Positions 55,216 to 64,000 of a DNA stretch of 64,000 nt are shown here, piece after piece. How positions within the stretch are numbered: the first letter of the stretch is position 1; every line of letters starts with the position of its first letter. The position numbers were made by a program, and so were the translations under genes. This DNA comes from Lama glama (lineage: Eukaryota). The notes beneath the pieces are model-generated. The model had not been told where the DNA came from and made no database searches. It saw only the letters and a list, made by a program, of their open reading frames with translations. The stretch covers positions 25,172,001 to 25,236,000 of the forward strand of contig CM052841.1 of assembly GCA_028534125.1 (NCBI GenBank), given 5' to 3'.

Positions 55216-55357
55216 GTCATATTGCCACATTATGGTATCAAAAGGAAGAAGTTGATGAAAGAGAAAAATATCTAAAAATAATGGGAGAAAAAAGAAAATA
55301 AAGGTGCGTATTATACGGTGTTACAATGTTTCCACATTGAATATTAACAGGGAAAAG

Positions 55358-55610
55358 TAATAACAGAAATATTAGTTAATGTGTGTTGAACATTGACTAT
55401 ATACCATGTATTGGTGGAATAGTTTATTGTCTCATCTTATCTGTTATTCCCCAACAGCAACCTTACAAATTAGGTGCCATTATCCACACTGTACAGAGGA
55501 AACTGAGCTAAAGAGATGTTAAACTACCTTTTCACAGTTGTCTAACATATCATAAGTAAAGGTTCAGGAAAGCTCAAACCCAGAGTGTCCAGAGCCCACA
55601 CTTACATTTC
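55358..55610 (-). mobile_element. MIR SINE
   Basis: acagcaacctt...taggtgccattatcc..tgtacagaggaaactgagct...ctcaaaccca..tgtccagagccc. Confidence 0.75.
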
Positions 55611-55949
55611 ATGATTCTTGTCATAGATAAACTATTATTTAAGGGGTGATAGTGGCTTAGTGTCAATAGAGCACAGACTGTTTTTTAGAGATAACTCACT
55701 CTTGTGCAAAGATTTAACACCCTTTTTGCTGCCAGAGAATATTTTCACCAAGTTTGCAAATGGCACTGAAGTGGGGAATATAGTAGTCAGCTGAGTGATA
55801 GAATCAAATGAAATGCAACCAAGAGCTTCTGTTCCACCAAATGACAATGGAGCTTTAAAAAGTTAACTGCTGAGTATAAAAAGCCATCAGAAATAAAGAG
55901 CGTCATATGAAAGAAGATCTAGGAATTTTACTTAATGGCAAGTTTTATT

Positions 55950-56076
55950 TGAGCCACACTATAAACTCCCTAAGAGCAGGGAGCTAGGTTATCTTGGGCA
56001 CGACTTAATCTTTTAGGCCTAGTATAGTTTGGGAAACAAGCTAAGGGCTCAATAAATGGAATGAATGAATGAATGA
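55950..56076 (+). mobile_element. L2 3' end with (GAAT)n tail
   Basis: ctataaactccctaagagcaggga...gctcaataaatggaatgaatgaatgaatga. Confidence 0.75.
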
Positions 56077-56324
56077 TATAACATGGATTTTTAAAAAGCC
56101 ATTAACTCCTTTAAATTGCATTGATAGAGGTAGAACGTCTAGAACAGGGGATGTATGTGTTCTTTTATACTCTCTCCTAGTTAGACAGCTAGTCCACTTT
56201 ATTAGTGTTGGGGTATCATTTACATATTTACACATCCAGTGAGGTCCAGTGTTGAGAGTAATTGGGGTGGTGGATGCAATAACGCTACATGAGAAATCGG
56301 GGACTGACATTTTAGGTAAGTGAC

Positions 56325-56505
56325 TTCTTTGTATCAAGCATGGTTCCAGGCACTTTCTAAGTCATATCTAATTTATTTCTTAAAGTGACCAAGATAGCTC
56401 AGTGGTATCACCCTCATTTTACAGAAGGGGAACTACACTCATCTGCCCAGGATCACAGTAGTTGAACCACAGTTTGTCAAACTAAAAGGCCTAAGCTCCT
56501 CCTAC
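56325..56505 (-). mobile_element. MIR fragment
   Basis: ccaggcactttctaag...ctcattttacagaaggggaact...tgcccaggatcacag. Confidence 0.65.
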
Positions 56506-56529
56506 TTAAGATTCTTCTTATCTTTATAA

Positions 56530-56880
56530 AAAACTAAAGATCTTCAGCCTGGAGAAAAAACTGCCAAGGGAGGGCTGACAAAGAAACTAAACCACAGCTC
56601 CTTTCAGAGCTGAAATTCTGTGATACCATAGTAATTTGAGACTTCTCAAATATTAAAAGAAATATAAAGTAGACTGCGAGCAAAGTTATCCTGTGTGGTC
56701 TGGGGGAGGAGGAGAGAAATATACTCCAGTGAGTGGAAATTATGGGGAGGCAGATTACAGATAAACTTGAGGCAAACCTTTCTAATGATTAGACCTGTTT
56801 AATAGTGGAGTGCAGTGAGGAGTAAGGAAGTGAGTTCCCTGTCATCGAAGGGATTTAGACAAGGCTGGACTGCCACCCTG
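56530..56880 (+). mobile_element. L3/CR1 3' fragment
   Basis: ttcagcctggagaa...ggaggcagatt...ctttctaatgattaga...gtgagttccctgtcatcgaagggatttagacaaggctggac. Confidence 0.7.
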
Positions 56881-56909
56881 ATATGCAGCCATCTTGGGCA
56901 GTTCAATAC

Positions 56910-57063
56910 CGTATTTAAATTAATTAAAAAAGATTAAAATAAAGTTTGGTTCCTTAGTTGCACTAGCTACACTTTAAGTGCTTATTAATCACATTATGAC
57001 TAGCGGCTGCCAGTTCGTACAATACAGAACTTTTCTGTACATGCGTTCTGCTGGACAGCACTG
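56910..57063 (-). mobile_element. MER3/MER33-like hAT-Charlie MITE fragment
   Basis: gttccttagttgcactagctacactttaagtgct..taatcacat..gactagcggctgcca...gttctgctggacagcactg. Confidence 0.75.
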
Positions 57064-58569
57064 CCATAGCATTGGTGCATAATATTATTGGACTCTAGTT
57101 ACTTTGTACTTTGAAATTGTTTCTGTGAACAGTTCCCATCAATCACCGTTTTTGACTAAAGAACTAGTAGTATTTTTTGTATTTATACCAGAACTGATTT
57201 TTCAAGTCTCTTATGAGATATACCCTGTTATGTATATCTAGTTAAATATTTGGCATGGTCATTTAATTAGCTATAGATAAAACTTGGCCTTTTGAGTCAC
57301 TGCTAACCAAATAGGTACACCCTATTATAGAAATTCAGAGCATCCAATTGGACAGTACCTCTTGTTCGCAAAGAGGTTTCCCTCCAGGACTGTTTTTCTA
57401 AGTCTTAACTCTTATTTCTTTTCTTCTTTGCAAATTGGTCATTCCCAAACGAAATGAATTTGTTAGCAGATTGTTGGAAATTAATTACCTATGATATGCC
57501 AAAGCCACTTCATTTATGTCGGTGCTGAGGAGTCCCCTAGAGAGAGAATTTTTAGATTCAGCTGGAAATTAATTGTAATTAATATAATAGGTTAATTCAT
57601 TGTAATTATTTTTAAGCCTTTTGGCAATGAGTTAATTTCCCAAGATCCACATTGCTCAAAGTGTCAGAGAATGCTTGATGAGAATGTTCTGGTACTGAAC
57701 CTTAACCCTCAGGAAAAAAATCCTATTTGTCTTTGCTTCTGGCTGAGTTTCTTCAGAAACCTATTTAGGTGTCATTTGATTTCTGAGAACAAAGGAATCC
57801 CTGCAAGGTAATGCATAAACATGCATGGCCCAGATAGACTATGCTCATTGGAGAAAGGGAAAACAAAAGGCCTTTGATTGTGCCTCGTTTTTTTTGGAAG
57901 TGTGTCCTGCTTCAGACTAACAGAATGCCTCTGCTCTTGGAATAAAATGTAATAGAACCGAAAATTGAAGAATCTGGGCCCTTTTCCCTTTCCTAATTAT
58001 TTCCACTTGACTCACTTAATCTTGGGCGATTATTCAGTCATATCTGAAATGAGAAAATGACAGGAATTGAATTTCCATCTCTTGTTTCAAGAGCTTATAA
58101 ACATTAACAGAATAGTCTTGAACAAAAAACAAATACAAATCACAATTGACGGTGCCTTGTTTTTTGATATTAGGAAAAATCCCTGCATTGTTAGGGAAGC
58201 AGCTAAAATTTCCAAATGCAGAAACCTTGTCAAGACTTGATGCATGATTTCATTATTAACGTTGAAAAACTATCATTTGTAACGAATAGTTCATAATGGG
58301 AGATTGTACAGAAGCTAAGGATCCAATTTGTTTACTTATACCTGAATAGGCCAGAAATTAATTGACCCCCAGATGGGTCATTGACAATCAGGTCATTAAC
58401 ACTCAAAGATGCACAGATTGGTTTCTGAGACTCAGAGATGTCTTGTCTCTTCCTAGTATGAACGTTGCTGCAAGTTTATGAAGAAAAGGATGCATGCAAT
58501 CCTAATAGCTGCTAAGAGCTAGATCAGGATTCAGTATACAGTAAAATTCCTGACAACTGGAACTGTCTA

Positions 58570-58725
58570 AAATTAAAGCTAACTGCCAAGATGAGGAAGT
58601 AAGTTGCCCCTTACTACAAGGAATCAAGCAGCATCTGAGATCCTCTTACTGGGGTTGCTGTAGGGAGGTCACACATAAGATAGAGGCTTGGCTCCCGTGA
58701 CATCTGAGGCTCTTTTGAATGCTGA
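58570..58725 (+). mobile_element. L3/MIR3-like fragment
   Basis: actgcc..tgaggaagtaagttgccccttactacaagga.tcaagcag...gacatctgaggctctttt. Confidence 0.5.
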
Positions 58726-58957
58726 TTATTCTTGTAAGTTAGGGTTTTGTTGTTAACTTAGACTCCACAATTATGCATTTAGGATTATCCATAATGGCTC
58801 AGAATACCCCCACTTTCATTAAACATCTAGTTACCATACCCCTGCTATGTCGACCAAGCAAGCACCAAAGAGAAGGAAATGGGGTGCCTCTGAACATCTC
58901 ATGAATGCTATGGATTGGCTCTCTGCATTCCTGAAACAACTCAGAAGAATTTGGTGG

Positions 58958-59310
58958 TGTTTACTAAATTGGGTGCTCCTAGAAGCAGACTGTGAGCCAA
59001 GGATTCAAGTACGTGTGAGTTATTAAAGAAGTGTACCCAGGAGAATCCAGGAAAGGAATGAGGGAAGGGACAAGCTAGACAGGGGTGATCCTACTGGAGC
59101 ATAATTTACACCTCACTGTTTGTCCCACTCAGGGCCAAAGAAGCACTGGTTAGTAATGCATATGTGTGTTGGTGGGGGATGTCTGCTAGATGCTGGCTAG
59201 TACACAGAAGCTGGGGGATGGGCACATTAAAGCTAAGAGATGGGGCAGTGCAGAGCTAATCAAAGGGATCAAAGGGGATCTGAGCAGAGCAGGAGCAACC
59301 TCTCTGCTAT
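58958..59310 (-). mobile_element. LTR33/LTR16-like ERVL solo LTR
   Basis: gggtgctcctagaagcagactgtgagccaaggattcaagt...cccaggagaa...gggatctgagcagagc...tctgctata. Confidence 0.7.
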
Positions 59311-60129
59311 AGTTACTATTATCTGTATCTTTTAAAAATCCTCATCAGGAGGGGTTATTAAGACATGACCACACTGTATTTTTTAGACACATCCACAACT
59401 GCTAGAGATTGTAGTAACCTCCTTTAGATAACAATTGGTATCTCATTCCTACAAATCCAGTCAGCACTGAAAGATTTACCTCAATGCTGGTCCCACCCTG
59501 CCAGGTCCTCTGGGGTTTTGAAAGTTTAAAAGGCAGTCAGCCAACCAGGTCCTCGTGGACTTAATAACAGTGCAGACTAAACTCATAACAAGGAAGAAAG
59601 CCTAAAGCTTACGTCCATTCGCAAAATTGTTGAAAGCAGACTCTTCAGCTCTCCCTGTTCCACAGGAGGCCCCGTGTGGGCTGACCTGGTCAGAGGGGGC
59701 TTCATTCAAGAGGGGAGCCATAAACTGGGTCTTGGAGGAGTTCTGTTGGGAGGGGGGAAGCCATTCCAGGCAGGAAGAATGAACAGCATAATAAATGAAA
59801 TGTTTGCAGACAGCGAGGCAGTGCTCTTGAAAGGAGCAGAGAGAGGCTTTTGTCGAGGCCTAGGGGAAATATCCATCCTTGGTATGTGGTGGAATCACAT
59901 CAGCGAAGCTCTTCTCATCTTAGCCTTTTGGGACTGATGTGCCAAATAAGAGGAGAGGATATTTGTTTCTTGGGTATGGCATACATAATAAACTCAATTT
60001 TAGTAGAGTCTGCCTGAAATCCCAGGATGAGTTGGTGAGGGAAGAGGGCCTGCAGGGAGAAGTATAGCCCAGAGGTCACTATTAGTGGTCCAGCCCCATC
60101 TTGCCCCCTGAACCCCACCCTCTGAAGTG

Positions 60130-60490
60130 CAGCTGCTTGCAGATTCTTTCCACCTGGATGTCCCAGAATCCTCTCAGAGTTAATGTGTCTCAAACCAACC
60201 TGCTCCTTTGTTTTCCTTTGCTATTCCTCAGGCTCAAACTTGGAGCTGTCCTTTACTCTCTTTCACACCTCATTCAGCCCCACCTTCAAAACAAACTGAC
60301 CGCTTCACACCATTTCTGACCCCAGGCCTTTGGCATCTCGCATCTGGATTGTTGAAGTAGCCTCTAAGTGGGCTCCCTTGTCCTCCTACTGTTTTCCACA
60401 CAATCAGTGTGATCCTTTTACAATATAAGACACAACAGTTGTTTTCCTGCTCACAGCCTCCCATTAGTTGCCATTTCATTGCAATCAAAT
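60130..60490 (+). mobile_element. L2 fragment
   Basis: tccacctggatgtccc...taatgtgtctcaaacc...ctcaggctcaaacttggagctgtcc...gtgatcctttta...cctgctcacagcctccc. Confidence 0.75.
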
Positions 60491-60558
60491 AATCGGCCCT
60501 CCGTATCTTTGGATTCTGCATCTCTGGATTCAACCAACTGTGGTTCGAAAATATAGGG
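60491..60558. mobile_element. Tigger-family MITE (MER2/MER8-like) terminal fragment, cut by L1
   Basis: tcggccctccgtatctttggattctgcatctctggattcaaccaactgtggttcgaaaatat. Confidence 0.8.
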
Positions 60559-60860
60559 ACTACAGAGCTACAGTAATCAAGACAGCATGGTATTGGTACA
60601 AAAACAGACATATGGACCAATGGAATAGAATAGAGAGCCCAGAAATGAATCCACAAACTTTTGGTCAACTAATCTGTGACAAAGGAGGCAAGAATATATA
60701 ATGAAATAAAGGCAGTCTCTTTAGCAAATGGTGTTGGGAAAACTGGACAGCAGCATGTAAATCAGTGAAGCTAGAACACTGCCTTACACCATACACAAAA
60801 ATAAACTCAAAGTGTATCAAAGACTTAAACATAAGACAAGATACAATAAACCTCCTAGAA
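60559..60860 (+). mobile_element. Young L1 ORF2 C-terminal fragment, 5'-truncated and defective
   Basis: [46 protein letters not shown], then [31 protein letters not shown]. In-frame TAA TGA at about 60699-60704. Confidence 0.95.
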
Positions 60861-61360
60861 NNNNNNNNNNNNNNNNNNNNNNNNNNNNNNNNNNNNNNNN
60901 NNNNNNNNNNNNNNNNNNNNNNNNNNNNNNNNNNNNNNNNNNNNNNNNNNNNNNNNNNNNNNNNNNNNNNNNNNNNNNNNNNNNNNNNNNNNNNNNNNNN
61001 NNNNNNNNNNNNNNNNNNNNNNNNNNNNNNNNNNNNNNNNNNNNNNNNNNNNNNNNNNNNNNNNNNNNNNNNNNNNNNNNNNNNNNNNNNNNNNNNNNNN
61101 NNNNNNNNNNNNNNNNNNNNNNNNNNNNNNNNNNNNNNNNNNNNNNNNNNNNNNNNNNNNNNNNNNNNNNNNNNNNNNNNNNNNNNNNNNNNNNNNNNNN
61201 NNNNNNNNNNNNNNNNNNNNNNNNNNNNNNNNNNNNNNNNNNNNNNNNNNNNNNNNNNNNNNNNNNNNNNNNNNNNNNNNNNNNNNNNNNNNNNNNNNNN
61301 NNNNNNNNNNNNNNNNNNNNNNNNNNNNNNNNNNNNNNNNNNNNNNNNNNNNNNNNNNNN

Positions 61361-61570
61361 AAGTTTGTGGGTTCATTTCTGGGCTCTCTATTCTATTCCA
61401 TTGGTCCATATGTCTGTTTTTGTACCAATACCATGCTGTCTTGATTATTGTAGCTCTGTAGTATTGTCTGAAGTCTGGAAGAGTTATTCCTCCAGCCTCT
61501 TTCTTTTTTCTTCAGTAATGCTTCGGCAATTCTAGGTCTTCTGTGGTTCCATAACAATTTGAATTTTTTG
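61361..61570 (-). mobile_element. Young L1 ORF2 fragment, 5'-truncated and frameshifted
   Basis: The minus strand encodes [17 protein letters not shown] and, in another frame, ...[16 protein letters not shown]. Confidence 0.95.
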
Positions 61571-61574
61571 CCAA

Positions 61575-61643
61575 GTGTTTCTAACAATTTCACAGGTAAC
61601 ACTAGGTGCTGCTGGTCCTGGGACCACACTTTGAAAGCCATTG
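61575..61643 (-). mobile_element. Partial MER5A, one end only
   Basis: tttctaacaatttcacaggt...tgctgctggtcctgggaccacactttgaaagccattg. Confidence 0.78.
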
Positions 61644-61729
61644 CTCTGGATCATAAAATGTGGGAATATGACTTCTAGCAAAACATGACCTGAATTTTGA
61701 CTGGTAGGAGTTAACAGTAAGAACTGCCC

Positions 61730-61860
61730 CTAATTAACTAAATGGGAGGAATCCTTTCACAGTGTACACATCTAGCAAATCACCAAGATGCACACTTTAA
61801 ATATCTTACAATTGTATATGTCAGTTGTACCTCAGCGAAATTGAGATTAAATAATAAGTA
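61730..61860 (+). mobile_element. L1MA/L1MB-type 3' end
   Basis: ggaatcctttcacagtgtacacatct..caaatcacc..gatgcacactttaaatatcttacaatt.tatatgtcagttgtacctca. Confidence 0.8.
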
Positions 61861-63491
61861 TTTAAAAATTGAGGCAAATTTTTTTCATGTGAAAACAGTG
61901 TAATAGAAATCTGTCCATAAAAGACATATTGCCAATATGCTGTATATGTACAATGATAAATGGAATAATGCTGCTGTGGTCCTTACAGTTAAATAATTAC
62001 AAAGGTAATAGAACTGAATCAAATAGTGGGGGAAGTAAGAATTGGCCTGTCGTATATATTTCTGTTTCTTGCTACAGAGACCTTATGGATAGACAGTAAG
62101 TGTGTCCTCCCACACCAGTATTATAATAGCACTGCTCATATTTTGATTAAGAGTGAGATTTTATAACCCGCAATTGAAGAAAATTAAAATTCTGATTCCC
62201 AGCCAGCACAGGGCACGTTTGTATATATGCAGCTAATGTTAATGACTTTATATGTTTGCAAGCTGCTTAATTTCGTGCTTCAGTTTTCCATATCCACTTA
62301 TTCCCTTGTATTCATGTTAGTTTTCACACAAGATTAAGCTGAATTATTCAGTTTTACAATATGTACAAGTTTTTGCTGTAAAAATATTTTTGTAGGTGAG
62401 CAAAAACAATTCCACACCTTCTAGAGGAGAGGAAACTAGTGAAGCTGGGTGATCATAGCTGTGTTCCCATTGGGCAGTCTTGATTGTCTTTATACTATTA
62501 TTTCTTGTTTTCCTCACTTTATGTTACTTTTCTGGCACTCAAGAGGCATGTGGGAAGGAAAGATTGGCTCTACTTTGAAGTGTACCCCAACCAGGTCTTA
62601 GGAAACAGATGGATGGCAAGGTGGAGAGTTCCAGATAGGATTTCTGGAATGAGGAGCTAGTAGCTTTTGTGATTAGGAAGTTCTGAGCCAAACGTCTAAG
62701 TCCAGAGCTTCGACTTTCTGCTTCAACTGAATTTTCCTTCCAAGGAAAGAGAGAAGTAGGTAGCTATGTCTCTTTCACGTGAAGAATAAAGAAAGAAGAA
62801 AGTGGGCATTTTCAAGGTGTTTGTAGCCGTAGTGAAAGTTCTTTTTTTACTATGTATGAGCACTGAAAATAAATGTTAAGAATAACATAAAACTCTAAAG
62901 TAAAGGACATTACTGCATTATCTTGAATATTATTTGTCATGTTTTACAACTAACAGTAATAAGAGAGCATATTGCAAGCACTGTATAAAGAGGGTTTTGT
63001 GGAATTGACCCTTCTGGGCCACCAACAGCACGGACTCCAAAGACTGCATTTTATAGTGTTTTCTCAATATTGTCAGAGGACTGTCTATTCCGTTCAGGTG
63101 TCCTGGCCATACCTTGAACTGTTAACACTGCTCTAACAGTAGGCATTGATCCATCAGAAGTTACAGCTGCTCCATGGCGTTTTAAGTTTCCTTCCTAAGT
63201 TTTGAGGCCACTGTAGGGTCCCTTTCATAACATTATTTCCAGTTCTACTGGGTTTTGCTACTTGGACTCTAGTCCTGTTCTCTCTTAGTGAACTTAACTG
63301 CTCACGTCTGACTTTTGCTCTGACTCTCCATCATCTCTGATTTGAGAGTTGAGTCCCACCCTAAAGATCTGTTAACACCTAACCCCATTATAAAAAGTCA
63401 GGGATTTATAATCTTCACTGTAACCTTTCTCTGGGGATTTAATAAAAGGCTTATTTGCACCTTCTGGGAGAGGCAGCAGAAAGTATACTAC

Positions 63492-63645
63492 TCACTTGCC
63501 CCTTGAACAATATGGGCTTCAAATGCACGGGTACACTTACACATGGATATTTTTCAACCGTACACACAGTACCACACAGTCTGTGGTTGGTTGAATCACC
63601 CAATGTGGAGGAAGTGCAGAGACAACTGAGGATCCTGAGGGCTCA
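63492..63645 (+). mobile_element. MER8/Tigger2-like MITE fragment
   Basis: cccttgaacaatatgggcttcaaatgcacgggtacacttacacatggatatttttcaa...tctgtggttggttgaatc. Confidence 0.75.
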
Positions 63646-64000
63646 TCAGTGTGCATAGGGGTTTGCTCCTCAGACAGGTTCACAGGGATGCTTATCAGGT
63701 TTTCTGAGAAATGTATACACTTTGTGAAAATACATTGCATCAACCCCCCTGAAGATTTTGCAGTTGGTAAAACAATGATCTATGTTTCGTAGTTCTGAAG
63801 TACGAAGGCAGTTTGGGGTTATATCTGCACAAAAGTAAGGATGGACAGTATTTAGCATCTCTTCTTAAGTTACGTTACTGGCCATGTTTTGTACAAGCAG
63901 TCTGACCACTGTGTAGCCAATCTATGCTCAAATATAACATTTGTAAGTGGAAGCGTTACTTCTTCCTCTAACTGAAATTTATTTCCCTCTTACTGAGATC

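Noticed and set aside
61716-62048. agtaagaactgccc / agtaagaattggcc as a target-site duplication around an L1 3' transduction
   Set aside because: The match is imperfect and there is no poly-A before the second copy.

Overview
Mammalian genomic DNA from an AT-rich, CpG-poor draft assembly with 13 N-gaps. The young L1 3' ends resemble camelid L1 from memory, and no Alu, B1 or Bov-tA-type SINEs are visible. The window lies inside GLIS3 on the + strand and contains two coding exons. The first, 32195-32356 (162 nt), encodes most of zinc finger 3 and all of zinc finger 4. The second, 36470-36580 (111 nt), encodes zinc finger 5 plus a basic tail and is absent from the ORF track. These match human exons 5 and 6 in size and phase as I recall them. 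The rest is intron containing old repeats (L2, MIR, L3/CR1, L1M, hAT-Charlie and Tigger MITEs, MaLR and ERVL LTRs), a few young L1 fragments, microsatellites and several enhancer-like non-repetitive blocks. I found no convincing new biological system. The best leads are a near-identical inverted L1 pair across a gap, an inverted L1 3'-end pair bracketing the two exons, a candidate poison exon, a ratchet-point-like site and some motif-dense non-coding blocks. Repeat family names come from recalled consensus sequences, and repeat boundaries are approximate.
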